Positions 47,887 through 57,600 of a stretch of DNA of 64,000 nt are shown here, piece after piece. A program made the translations under genes and the position numbers. The stretch lies in NCBI GenBank assembly GCA_963795085.1, contig CAWCFX010000002.1:256001-320000 (forward strand), in the 5' to 3' direction. Source of the DNA: an uncultured Gemmatimonadales bacterium. Its GTDB lineage: Bacteria; Gemmatimonadota; Gemmatimonadetes; Gemmatimonadales; GWC2-71-9. The notes under the pieces are model-generated. The model did not search any database. It had not been told where the DNA came from and was given only the letters and a program-made list of their open reading frames with translations. The stretch's first letter is position 1; each line of letters opens with the position of its first letter.

Positions 47887-48414
47887 ATGCAGCGATCAAC
47901 AGTAGCCGGGGCGGGACTGCTCCTTCTCTTGCTCCCGTCCTGTTCGACATCCGGATCAAGCGACTCCCCCCGCGCCGAGGCGGCATCCGCGGTCGAGGCG
48001 AACCGGGCGGTCGCCCACCGTTTCTTCACCGAGGTCTGGGGTGGCGGGTCGGAAGCCGTGGCCGAAGAGCTCCTTGCGACCACGTATGTGGGGCACATGA
48101 CCGGCAATCCTCAGCCGCTGGACCGGGCGGGGTGGTTCGCCTTCTATCGTGCCTTTCGGCAGGCCTTTCCGGATGCCCGGTTCACCGTGGAGGATGTGAT
48201 CGCCGAGGGCGATCGGGTCGTCCTCCGTCTGACGATGCGCGGCACCCACCAGGGCACGTTCAACGGCATCCCCGCGACCGGGCGATCCGTCACCGTCGGC
48301 GGTGTGAGTATTGAACGAATTGTCGATGGGAAGATCGTGGAAGGATGGGTCACGAACGATGCCCTCGGCATGCTGCAGCAGCTGGGGTTGCTTCCACCAC
48401 CACCCGGTCCCTGA
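47887..48414 (+). CDS. SnoaL-like ester cyclase / NTF2-fold lipoprotein
   Basis: Lipobox LPS-C; AFPD, IAEGDRV, GTHQGTFNGIPATGR, DGKIVEGW, LGMLQQLG. Confidence 0.9.
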   Translation: MQRSTVAGAGLLLLLLPSCSTSGSSDSPRAEAASAVEANRAVAHRFFTEVWGGGSEAVAEELLATTYVGHMTGNPQPLDRAGWFAFYRAFRQAFPDARFTVEDVIAEGDRVVLRLTMRGTHQGTFNGIPATGRSVTVGGVSIERIVDGKIVEGWVTNDALGMLQQLGLLPPPPGP

Positions 48415-48439
48415 ATGGCGGGAACGGTGCGGGAGAACG

Positions 48440-48672
48440 GACGGTGAACAAGAGGGCGGTAAGTAAAAAGGGCGGTAGAACAACGGCCGGTAATTGAGAG
48501 GGTGGTAAACAAGAGAGCGGTAAACAAGAGAGGCCGGGTTCCCTACCGGCGGCGGAGGTACCAGGAAGGCGGTCCTCGCCCGAACTCCCGCTCGTTGTTC
48601 TACCCCCTTTTTTCTACCGCCGTTACCCTTTTTCTCCTTGCCCCCTGGCCCCCTTACCCTCTTGCCCCCTTT
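48440..48672. repeat. Palindromic array B (degenerate GGCGGTA units, then a pyrimidine-rich arm)
   Basis: Cores at 48440, 48455, 48471, 48486, 48501, 48516 (15-16 nt period). TACCCCC/TACCGCC at 48601/48615, then CTTGCCC-type heptamers. Confidence 0.85.
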
Positions 48673-48690
48673 TGAAGCTATCTTCCTCCC

Positions 48691-50001
48691 ATGAAGCGCG
48701 TTTACATCGAGACTTACGGCTGCCAGATGAACGTGGCCGATACCGAGACCATCTTCGGGGTGCTGGGGCGGGAGGGGTTCGACCGCACCGAGGACCCCGC
48801 CGTGGCGGATGTGCTGCTGGTCAACACCTGCGCGGTGCGCGACAACGCCGAGCAGCGGGTGGTGGGGCGGGTGGGTGAGCTGCAGCGCTACACCAGCCCC
48901 GGCCGGATCCTGGGCGTGGTAGGGTGCATGGCGCAACGGCTGGGGCCGGCCCTGCTGGAGCAGGTGCCCCGCGTGGATCTCGTGGTGGGCCCCGACGCCT
49001 ACCGCAACCTGCCCGCACTGCTCGCGCTGGCCCAGGGCGGCCAGCGGCTCTCCGATACCGAGTTCCGCGGCTGGGAGCACTACGAAGACGTGCCCCCGGT
49101 GCGGGAGCCGGGCGCCACCGCTTTCGTGACGGTCCAGCGGGGCTGCGATTATAAGTGCACCTTCTGCATTGTTCCGTACACGCGGGGCGTCGAGCGCAGC
49201 CGTAAGTTGGCGGACGTGGTCCGGGAGGTCCGGACCCTGGTGGAGCAGGGGGTGAGCGAGGTGACCCTGCTGGGCCAGACCGTCAACAGCTATCACGATG
49301 GCAGCGCCAATTTTGCCGACCTGCTGCGCGCGGTGGGGGGGGTGGACGGTATTCGCCGCATCCGCTTCACCAGCCCTTATCCCACGGATTTTACGCCCCC
49401 GGTCATCGAGGCCATGGCGACGACGCCGGCCGTGTGCGAGCACGTCCATCTCCCGGTGCAGAGCGGCTCCAACGCGGTCCTCCGCCGGATGCTGCGCCGC
49501 TATACCCGGGAGCGCTACCTCGAGGTCATGGCCGAGCTGCGGTCGGCCATGCCAGGTATCACCTTCTCGACCGACATCATCGTCGGGTTTCCCGGCGAAA
49601 CCGGCGAGCAGTTCGCCGAAACGCTCAGCCTGGTGGCGGAGGCCGACTTCGACGACGCCTATACGTTCAAGTACTCCCCGCGGGACGGCACGCCGGCCGT
49701 CAAGCTCCGGGACCACGTCGAGGACCCGGCGGCCAGCGAACGGCTGGACCGGCTCATCGCCGAAGTGCGGCGCAACACCCGCCGGAAGAACCACGCGCGG
49801 GTGGGCAGCAGCCACGAGGTGCTGGTCGAGCGGCCGGCCCGCCGGGGCAACCTGCTGCTGGCCCGTACCCGGACCAACCTGCTGGCGCTGGTGGACCTTC
49901 CTCCTGCGGCCATCGGCGAGTACCATCCGGTCACCCTCACCGGTACCACCGGCTCCACCTTCACGGCGGCGGTGGCCCGGCCCCAACTGGCGGTCCTATG
50001 A
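48691..50001 (+). CDS. miaB: tRNA methylthiotransferase MiaB
   Basis: TYGCQMN, NTCAVR, GCMAQ, radical SAM CDYKCTFC, DIIVGFPGET, TRAM domain. Confidence 0.96.
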   Translation: MKRVYIETYGCQMNVADTETIFGVLGREGFDRTEDPAVADVLLVNTCAVRDNAEQRVVGRVGELQRYTSPGRILGVVGCMAQRLGPALLEQVPRVDLVVGPDAYRNLPALLALAQGGQRLSDTEFRGWEHYEDVPPVREPGATAFVTVQRGCDYKCTFCIVPYTRGVERSRKLADVVREVRTLVEQGVSEVTLLGQTVNSYHDGSANFADLLRAVGGVDGIRRIRFTSPYPTDFTPPVIEAMATTPAVCEHVHLPVQSGSNAVLRRMLRRYTRERYLEVMAELRSAMPGITFSTDIIVGFPGETGEQFAETLSLVAEADFDDAYTFKYSPRDGTPAVKLRDHVEDPAASERLDRLIAEVRRNTRRKNHARVGSSHEVLVERPARRGNLLLARTRTNLLALVDLPPAAIGEYHPVTLTGTTGSTFTAAVARPQLAVL

Positions 50002-50279
50002 TCAACAACCTGGTCGAAGCCCGGGTGCTCTCGGCGTACGACACCCTCAAGCCGGAGTTCCCCGATTTCTGCGGGTGCGACGTGTGCCGGGGCGACGTGC
50101 TGGTCTTCGCCCTGAACCGGCTGCAGGCCCGCTACGTCGCTACTGCCGAAGGAAAGATCATGACCGAGCTGGCGCTGGACAGCGAGCAGTCCCGGGTCAA
50201 TGTGGATGTGATGATCATGGAGGGATTCCGGAAGGTCAGCATGGCCCCTCGCTGCGGCAAGGCGTCCCGGAAACCGTAG
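49998..50279 (+). CDS. comFB: ComFB-family protein
   Basis: NLVE, CGCDVCRGDVLVFALNRLQARYV. ATGA overlap with miaB. Confidence 0.85.
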   Translation: MINNLVEARVLSAYDTLKPEFPDFCGCDVCRGDVLVFALNRLQARYVATAEGKIMTELALDSEQSRVNVDVMIMEGFRKVSMAPRCGKASRKP

Positions 50280-50307
50280 CCGCCCGCCCCGGCGGGGGCG
50301 GGGGTGG

Positions 50308-52548
50308 ATGATGCCGCCTGCGGTGATACTGATAGCTGGGTTTGGGGCCGGTCTCGCGACCGGCCTTCTGCATTTTGAGGCCCCTGCCGCCGTTTTTCTG
50401 ATACCGGTGGCGATGCTGTTCTGGCGGTACCGCCCCGTCTGGGCCCACGCCGCGCTGGTCATGCTCCTCGGCACGGCGAGCGGAGCCCTCGAGCGGGTGC
50501 GCGCGGAAACCGGGTGTGTTGTCCGACTCCCCGCGGGCGGAATCCACCTGGCTGTCGAGACCCGGGAACCGGCGGATTCGGTGGGAGGCCTGGTCCCGCT
50601 GGCCCCGGCGGGGGCGGCCTGCCATGGCACCATCACCGGCCGCTGGCCGCCGGGAACGCCGGCGGGTGCCGGATCCCGCTGGGCGGTAACGGGCAAGTGG
50701 ATTCCGCCGGCGCCCGATGGCGGGCGCGGACGCGGCGTCCTGGTGGTGAGCCGGGCCGATCCCGCGCCGGGACGTCCCGGCATCACCGCCCGGCTTCGCG
50801 GCGCGATCATCCGCACCACCGCGGCACTCTACGGCGAGCGGGCGCCTCTGGTCGATGCCCTGATCCTGAACCGCCGCGGGTCGCTCGATCCCCAGTTGAG
50901 CGAAGCCTACGCCCGCTCCGGCCTGGTCCACATCCTCTCCATCTCTGGCTTTCATGTCGGGCTCATCGCGGGGTGGCTCTATCTCCTCGGCCGGCTGGCA
51001 CGGCTGGGACGCACGGCGGCAATGCTGGCCTCTTCCGGGTTGAGCACGCTCTACGTGGCCTTCCTCGGGTGGCCTGCCCCGGCCACCCGGGCCGCGGCGC
51101 TGGTGGTGCTGGTGGCGCTCTGCCGCTGGAGGCAGCGCCAGGTGGAACCCAACTCCCTGCTCGCGGTCACCTGCCTCATGGTGCTGCTGCTGGACCCGAG
51201 CGCCGTGTTCGACCTCGGCGCCTGGCTTTCCGCCTCCGCCCTCTGGGGAGCGACCACCTTCTCCCGGTGGAGCGAACGCCGGCTCGGCGCCGGAGTGGCG
51301 GGTCGCACCCTGGGGTCTTCCATCGGCGCGACGCTCGCCACGGCCCCGATCACCGCGGCCGCCCTGGGTAGCGTGGCGCTCATCGGGATCCTGCTCAACT
51401 TCGCGGCGATTCCGCTGGCCGCCCTCGCGGTCCCCGGGGTGGTTGCCAGCATCGTGCTCTACCCGGTGGCACCCTGGCTGGCCGAAGCGCTCGCCGCCGG
51501 GGCAGGGGCGGGATTGAGCCTGCTCGATGGCGTGGCACTGCTGGGGGCGCGGGTCCCGTTCGGAAGCATGGTCCAGCCGGTGGCCCTCGGGTCCGCGGTG
51601 CCGTGGATCGTCGTGCTGGGGGCCGCGCTCTGGAGCATCGGGCGGCGAAACACCCTCTCCATGGCACTCCTCCGCGGCAGCTGGGCCGCGGTGCTGGCCT
51701 GCTGGCTGTGGCTGGCCCCCCGCGTCGTCCCGGCGCAAGGTGCCGAGGATAACGCCCTGACGTTACATTTTCTCCAGGTCGGCCAGGGTGATGGCGCCCT
51801 GGTGCGCACCCCGGGCGGACACTGGGTTCTCATTGACGCGGGCCCCCGGTTCGAGGGGGCCGACGCCGGGAAGCGGGTCGTCGTCCCTTTCCTGCGGAAA
51901 CACGGTGTCCGCCGGCTCGCGGCGGTCGTTGTCTCTCATGTTCATGCTGATCACCTGGGCGGGGTGCCCGCGGTGCTGGACCGTTACCCGGCCGACATCG
52001 TCATCGAACCGGGAGCGCTGAGCCCCGATCCCCGCTATGGCGAGTTCCTGGACCGGCTGGAGGCGCAGGCCACCCGCTGGCACCCGGGGCGCCGAGGGGA
52101 CACCTTCACCCTGGATTCGGTAGCCTTCACCGTGCTGCATCCGGACACGGCGTGGGCGGGGTGGGGAGCCGACCTCAACGAGGACTCGATCGTCCTGCTG
52201 GTACGCTACCGGGATTTCGCGGCACTCTTCACGGGCGATGCCGGCGAACGGGCGGAACCGGTGCTGCCGCGGAGCGGGCAGGTGGACCTGCTCAAGGTCG
52301 GGCACCATGGGTCCCGCACCGCCACGACGGACGCGCTGCTCGAGGCGGTCCGGCCCCGGGCGGCCGTGATCAGCGTCGGCGCCAACACCTACGGGCACCC
52401 GTCCCCGGCGGCGATCGGGCGGCTGGAGCGGCACGGCGTCCCGTTCTGGCGGACCGACCAGGACGGAACCGTGCAGGTCACCACCGACGGGGCCACCATG
52501 ACGCTCTGCGCCCGCCGCGGCTGCCGCCGGTATCCAGTCGGTCCCTGA
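50308..52548 (+). CDS. comEC: DNA uptake channel ComEC/Rec2
   Basis: [11 protein letters not shown] competence domain; metallo-beta-lactamase domain with [26 protein letters not shown]. Confidence 0.93.
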   Translation: MMPPAVILIAGFGAGLATGLLHFEAPAAVFLIPVAMLFWRYRPVWAHAALVMLLGTASGALERVRAETGCVVRLPAGGIHLAVETREPADSVGGLVPLAPAGAACHGTITGRWPPGTPAGAGSRWAVTGKWIPPAPDGGRGRGVLVVSRADPAPGRPGITARLRGAIIRTTAALYGERAPLVDALILNRRGSLDPQLSEAYARSGLVHILSISGFHVGLIAGWLYLLGRLARLGRTAAMLASSGLSTLYVAFLGWPAPATRAAALVVLVALCRWRQRQVEPNSLLAVTCLMVLLLDPSAVFDLGAWLSASALWGATTFSRWSERRLGAGVAGRTLGSSIGATLATAPITAAALGSVALIGILLNFAAIPLAALAVPGVVASIVLYPVAPWLAEALAAGAGAGLSLLDGVALLGARVPFGSMVQPVALGSAVPWIVVLGAALWSIGRRNTLSMALLRGSWAAVLACWLWLAPRVVPAQGAEDNALTLHFLQVGQGDGALVRTPGGHWVLIDAGPRFEGADAGKRVVVPFLRKHGVRRLAAVVVSHVHADHLGGVPAVLDRYPADIVIEPGALSPDPRYGEFLDRLEAQATRWHPGRRGDTFTLDSVAFTVLHPDTAWAGWGADLNEDSIVLLVRYRDFAALFTGDAGERAEPVLPRSGQVDLLKVGHHGSRTATTDALLEAVRPRAAVISVGANTYGHPSPAAIGRLERHGVPFWRTDQDGTVQVTTDGATMTLCARRGCRRYPVGP

Positions 52549-52577
52549 TTTCCGAATCCTTCCACCAGCGAGCCACC

Positions 52578-53618
52578 GTGCATTCCAGCGGATACGTCAC
52601 CACCATCGAGCGATTCATCATGGAGCAGGAAGACCGCTACCCGGAAGCCACCGGCGAGCTGTCCAACCTCCTCTACGACATTGCCCTGGCGGCCAAGATC
52701 ATCGCCGCGTCGATCCGCCGCGCCGGCCTGGTGAACATCCTGGGGTCGGCCCAGCACACCAATGTGCAGGGCGAGGAGCAGCAGAAGCTGGACGTGTTCG
52801 CCAATGAGACCATCAAGAACGCGCTGATGCACACCGGCCGGGTCTGCGTGATGGGGTCGGAAGAGGACGACGACGTGATCCCGGTGCCACCCCAGTTCCC
52901 GGTCGGGAAGTACGCGGTGCTGTTCGATCCGCTGGACGGTTCCTCCAACATTGACGTCAATTCGGCGGTCGGCACCATCTTCAGCATCTATCGCCGGGTC
53001 AGCATGGAGGGCCGCGGCAACGTGGGTGATGTGCTGCAGCCGGGCTGCCGGCAGGTGGCCGCCGGGTACGTCATGTACGGGTCGAGTACCATGCTGGTGT
53101 ACACCACGGGCCAGGGGGTCCACGGGTTCACCCTGGATCCCACTATCGGCGAGTTCCTGCTCTCCTCTCCCACCATCGTGACGCCGCAGGTGGGGAAGTA
53201 CTACAGCGTCAACGAGAGCAACTTCGGCCGCTGGTCGCGGGGCACCCAGATCGCGGTGCGGGGCTTCCATGGCGACATGCCGGACATGATGAAGGGCAAG
53301 AACAGCCGCTATATCGGCTCCTTCGTGGCCGACTTCCACCGCAACCTGATCAACGGCGGGGTGTTCATGTATCCCGCCGACAGTAAGAATCCAAAGGGCA
53401 AGCTGCGGCTCCTCTACGAGGCCGCCCCGATGGCGTTTATCGCCGAGCAGGCCGAGGGCGCCGCAACCGACGGCGAACGGCGCATCCTGGACATCGCGCC
53501 GGAGGCCCTCCACCAGCGCACCCCGCTGGTCATCGGGTCCCGGGAGGACGTCGGATTCGTCTCCGATATTCTCCGCAAGGTCGAGGCGGGCGAGTTCGCC
53601 CTGAATACCCGCAAGTGA
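52578..53618 (+). CDS. fbp: Class 1 fructose-1,6-bisphosphatase
   Basis: [39 protein letters not shown]. Confidence 0.96.
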   Translation: MHSSGYVTTIERFIMEQEDRYPEATGELSNLLYDIALAAKIIAASIRRAGLVNILGSAQHTNVQGEEQQKLDVFANETIKNALMHTGRVCVMGSEEDDDVIPVPPQFPVGKYAVLFDPLDGSSNIDVNSAVGTIFSIYRRVSMEGRGNVGDVLQPGCRQVAAGYVMYGSSTMLVYTTGQGVHGFTLDPTIGEFLLSSPTIVTPQVGKYYSVNESNFGRWSRGTQIAVRGFHGDMPDMMKGKNSRYIGSFVADFHRNLINGGVFMYPADSKNPKGKLRLLYEAAPMAFIAEQAEGAATDGERRILDIAPEALHQRTPLVIGSREDVGFVSDILRKVEAGEFALNTRK

Positions 53619-53755
53619 TGCGGACCACGTCCGGCTGAGACCCGCCGGTTCGCGGCCCCACCGGTGTAGATTGCACCCGGCGCGGCCGGCGTTGTCCCGG
53701 GGTCCCGGTTGGGACCGATCGCCCGCGCCCGATTCTTGTCTTCGAACCCGATCTC

Positions 53756-55300
53756 ATGACCGACCAGCGCAAGACCGTGTACCGGCCCGAAGACTGGACC
53801 GGCGATCCCGCCCGTGACCTCGGCGAGCCAGGCCAGTTCCCCTACACCCGGGGCGTGCACCCCGCCATGTACACCTCCCGGCTCTGGACCATGCGGCAGT
53901 ATGCCGGGTTCGGTACCGCGGAAGAGACCAACGGGCGTTTCCGCCAGCTGCTGGCGGCCGGACAATCGGGACTCTCGACCGCGTTTGACCTGCCCACCCA
54001 GATGGGATACGACTCCGACCACGCCATGGCGGCGGGCGAGGTTGGACGGGTCGGCGTCGCCATCGATACCGTCGAGGACCTGGCGGTGCTGTTCCGGGAA
54101 ATTCCGCTGGACAAGGTTTCCACCTCCATGACCATCAACGCCACCGCGGCGATCCTGCTGGCGATGTACGTGGTGGTCGGAGAAGAGCAGGGGGTGCCCC
54201 GCACCGCCCTCACCGGGACGGTGCAGAACGACGTGCTCAAGGAGTACGTGGCCCGGGGGACGTATATCTATCCCGCGGAGCCCTCGCTCCGGCTGGTGAC
54301 CGACATATTCCGCTTTGTGGCGGACCAGGGCATGAACTTCAACCCCATTTCCGTCAGCGGGTATCACATCCGGGAGGCCGGCTCCACCGCCGTCCAGGAA
54401 GTCGGCTTTACCCTCGCCAACGCGCTGGAGTACGTCCGCCGGGCGGTCGCGGCCGGTCTCGACCTCGCCACCTTCGGGCCCCGGCTCTCCTTCTTTTTCG
54501 CCTCCCACAACAACCTGTTCGAAGAGGCGGCCAAGTTCCGGGCCGCCCGCCGGCTGTGGGCCCGCCTGGTGCGGGAGCGATTCGACGCCGACGAGGCCAC
54601 CGCCCGGCTCCGGTTCCATACCCAGACCGGCGGGGTCACCCTGCAGGCCCTCCAGCCCCTCAACAACGTCGTCAGGGTCACGGTGCAGGGGCTCGCGGCG
54701 GTCCTCGGCGGCACCCAGTCGCTGCACACCAACGGCTACGACGAGGCCCTGTCCCTGCCGACCGAAGCCGCTGCCACCCTGGCCCTCCGCACCCAGCAGA
54801 TCCTGGCGTACGAAAGCGGTGTTACCGGGGCGGTGGATCCGCTGGCCGGCAGCTACTACGTAGAGGCCCTGACCGACCAGATCGAACGGGACGCCCGGGC
54901 GCTCATCGAGGAGATTGATGGCCTGGGCGGGGCGGCGGCGGCGATCGAGAAAGGGTTCTACCAGGACACCATCGCCCGGAGTGCCTTTGAGCTCCAGCGC
55001 GCCCAGGAGGGCGGGGACCTGACCGTCGTCGGGGTGAACCGCTTCGGCGACGGATCCCCGCCCCCGGTCATCCCCATTCCAGACTACTCGGCCCTGGCGG
55101 ACAGGCAGCGGGGCAGGCTGGCTAACGTGCGGGCCCGGCGGCATGCCGGCAAGGCCAAGCAGGCAGTCGCCGCCATCACGGTCGCGGCCAAGGGGAAGGG
55201 ACCCCTGATGCCGGCGATCGTCGAGGCCGTCCGGGCCCGGGTGACGCTAGGCGAGATCAGCGAGGCCCTTCGGGGAGTGTGGGGGGTGTATCGAGCCTGA
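53756..55300 (+). CDS. Methylmalonyl-CoA mutase, substrate-binding subunit
   Basis: PGQFPYTRG, WTMRQYAGF, SISGYH-like SVSGYHIREAG, TQSLHTN. No B12-binding DxHxxG domain. Confidence 0.92.
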   Translation: MTDQRKTVYRPEDWTGDPARDLGEPGQFPYTRGVHPAMYTSRLWTMRQYAGFGTAEETNGRFRQLLAAGQSGLSTAFDLPTQMGYDSDHAMAAGEVGRVGVAIDTVEDLAVLFREIPLDKVSTSMTINATAAILLAMYVVVGEEQGVPRTALTGTVQNDVLKEYVARGTYIYPAEPSLRLVTDIFRFVADQGMNFNPISVSGYHIREAGSTAVQEVGFTLANALEYVRRAVAAGLDLATFGPRLSFFFASHNNLFEEAAKFRAARRLWARLVRERFDADEATARLRFHTQTGGVTLQALQPLNNVVRVTVQGLAAVLGGTQSLHTNGYDEALSLPTEAAATLALRTQQILAYESGVTGAVDPLAGSYYVEALTDQIERDARALIEEIDGLGGAAAAIEKGFYQDTIARSAFELQRAQEGGDLTVVGVNRFGDGSPPPVIPIPDYSALADRQRGRLANVRARRHAGKAKQAVAAITVAAKGKGPLMPAIVEAVRARVTLGEISEALRGVWGVYRA

Positions 55301-55399
55301 ATGGGATAAACCAGATTATAAGGTCTACGCATGCGGCTGTCTCACATAGGTTTACCACTGCTCGTAAAATTTCCACACTTACCATGTTTTCGAGGCCGG

Positions 55400-56875
55400 A
55401 TGGCCCGATTGGCCGGAGCCATTGCAGCTGTGACCCTGCTCGGATCGCTTCCCGCTGCCTCGCCGGCGCCAGCCCAGACCCTCCCCGCGCCGGCGGTGAA
55501 AATTCTGGATCTTCACGCCCTCATCGAACGACATGGAAGTGTCCTCGGCCCCCGGGTTTGGCCCGGGTTCCGGCCGGACACCATCCCCGTTCTTTATAGG
55601 ATGGGTCACGCGGGTGCCCTCCTCGTGGAATGGCGGCACCCGTGGCCGCCGGGGTTCACGGCCTTGCCCACCCGAAGCGACGTCGGAATCACCGGGCCAG
55701 GGGAGCCAGCCAGTCTTGAAGGCCGGTTCGCCGCGTTCCTGTTTGTGGATTCGAGCACGACCCCGGGCCTGCTGGTGGGGACGGCCCTGCACGAGGCATT
55801 CCACGGGTTCGAGCGGTCCGTCATGCGGGACGGCCAGGCGTTCGGCGTCTGGGAGAACGCCATGCTTGTGGGGACCTATCCCGTGTTCGACATCGAAAAC
55901 GAGGCGCGCTGGGCGCTGGAGGGCAACCGCCTTCGGCGCGCCCTCGCCGCCCGGTCGGCGGCGGAGACGAGACGATGGGCCCGGGAGTTTCTGGCCCTTC
56001 GAGTGGCCCGGCAGGCCAGGTTATCGCCCGAGTACGCCGAGTTCGAGCGCCTGGCGGAAATGAACGAGGGGCTGGCGCAATACGCCCTGCTCCGGGGTCT
56101 GGCTGAAGTAGCGGAGCTGGAGGGAGGTCCCTGGGACGCGCGGGCCCGGCACGAGGCCGGGGTGGAGGCGGGGATTCTCGACAGCCTGCTTGAGGTGGGG
56201 CGCCGCTCGGTTCGCCGGCGATTCTACGCCACCGGGTCGGCGATGGCGTTGATCATGGACCGGCTGGCCGGCGACAGCTGGAAGGACCTGGTCCTGGGCG
56301 AGAACACGGACCTGCAGGCGACCCTGGCCCGCGTGGCTGGGGTTTCCGGCTCTGACTCGATGCCGGCGCCTGGCGCCGGAACCGTAGCGGAACTGCGCCG
56401 GTTGCGGGTCGCGGCGCGTCACTCGGTGGAGCGACTGGCCGCCGGCCGGCGAGCTTTGGCGGACAGCGTCCTCCGGCGGTCCAGCCTGGTGGTCACGGTA
56501 CGGCCGCTCGGGCTGGCTCCGGGCGCCCTGCAGTGGTGCGGATTCGATCCCCAGAACACGCTCACGACCGGCGACGGACGCACCCTGCACATGCGGTTCC
56601 TGCGTCTTTGCGCCGGACCCGCCACCAGCGTGGTGTTCGAGCAGGGAGTGGTCCAGGAGGACAGCGCGGGCAGCTACCGGACCGCGGTGGATTCGCTCGC
56701 GCTGCGGATGGCGAGCGGGGGGCAGCCGGTTTCCCGGCCGCTGGCTGGGGCCCAGGAACTCCCGGCCTTTACGCTGGAGGCGCCGGGTTTTCGGCTCGAG
56801 GCCGCTCGGGCGCGGGTCGAACGGGCCGGGGAGGAACTGGTCGTCTCGCTGCTCCCTCCGGACCGTTCGCCCTAG
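55400..56875 (+). CDS. Exported gluzincin-like metallopeptidase candidate
   Basis: Signal peptide from ATG 55400; HEAFH and downstream NEGLAQY. Confidence 0.6.
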   Translation: MARLAGAIAAVTLLGSLPAASPAPAQTLPAPAVKILDLHALIERHGSVLGPRVWPGFRPDTIPVLYRMGHAGALLVEWRHPWPPGFTALPTRSDVGITGPGEPASLEGRFAAFLFVDSSTTPGLLVGTALHEAFHGFERSVMRDGQAFGVWENAMLVGTYPVFDIENEARWALEGNRLRRALAARSAAETRRWAREFLALRVARQARLSPEYAEFERLAEMNEGLAQYALLRGLAEVAELEGGPWDARARHEAGVEAGILDSLLEVGRRSVRRRFYATGSAMALIMDRLAGDSWKDLVLGENTDLQATLARVAGVSGSDSMPAPGAGTVAELRRLRVAARHSVERLAAGRRALADSVLRRSSLVVTVRPLGLAPGALQWCGFDPQNTLTTGDGRTLHMRFLRLCAGPATSVVFEQGVVQEDSAGSYRTAVDSLALRMASGGQPVSRPLAGAQELPAFTLEAPGFRLEAARARVERAGEELVVSLLPPDRSP

Positions 56876-57600
56876 AACGACGCGGAGACTCCGAACTTCA
56901 CCAGCAGGAGGTTGGTCTCGCTCTGGATCGGGGTGAAGCTGATCGTCCCGTTGCCGTTGTCGGTGATGCTGCCCTCCCGCAGGTAATTGGCACGGCCGTT
57001 CCGGTGGTATTCCGCCCCGACATCGATCGTCACCGGCGTCCGTCCGCTGGAGACGCGGAACCGAAGTCCCCCGCCGCCGACGAGGGCAAACGTGACATCG
57101 TCGAAGTTGGTGGATTCGGCGAAATCCTCTCCGTTGTTCGATCCGCTCACGCCCGACTCGGTCGCGAAGTAGGAGAAACCTATGGTGCCGGACAGGTAGG
57201 GCTGCACCGACCCGTGGGCCAGGGTCAGCAGGGGGCCGGCTCCCATGGTATAGATGTTATTGCGGGTGGTGACATCCACGGTCACGAAGGGCACGGTGGG
57301 GCTCAACGGCCGGCGAATCGTTTCCGACCCGTAGATCAGCCAGTTCACGTCGAACTTGAAGGCCACGGTTCCCTGCCGGTCCAGGTTGAATCCCAGCCAG
57401 CCGCCCAGCCCGAACCCGGCATCCACGAAGTCGTTAAACTCACCCTGGGGCAACGCCAGATTCAGATGTCCGCCGGCCTGGAACCGGTGCGGCCCCGCGA
57501 TCTCCACGTCGTCCACCTCGCGGATCTGGCCCTCGGCCCGTCCGGCGAGAACGACGCTGAGCAGGGCGACGCCCCGCACTATCCCGGGAATTGCGCGCAT
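56872..57600 (-). CDS. Outer-membrane beta-barrel (OmpA/OmpW-like)
   Basis: Signal peptide, VQPYLSGTIGFSY, C-terminal FGVSASF. Confidence 0.82.
   Translation of the reverse strand: MRAIPGIVRGVALLSVVLAGRAEGQIREVDDVEIAGPHRFQAGGHLNLALPQGEFNDFVDAGFGLGGWLGFNLDRQGTVAFKFDVNWLIYGSETIRRPLSPTVPFVTVDVTTRNNIYTMGAGPLLTLAHGSVQPYLSGTIGFSYFATESGVSGSNNGEDFAESTNFDDVTFALVGGGGLRFRVSSGRTPVTIDVGAEYHRNGRANYLREGSITDNGNGTISFTPIQSETNLLLVKFGVSASF

Noticed and set aside
47615..48672. Possible CRISPR array
   Set aside because: Cores are 7 nt with 5-9 nt linkers in inverted arrangement, and there are no cas genes.
53619..53755. Cobalamin riboswitch upstream of the mutase
   Set aside because: Only short GC hairpins are present; no B12-box or conserved core was recognised.
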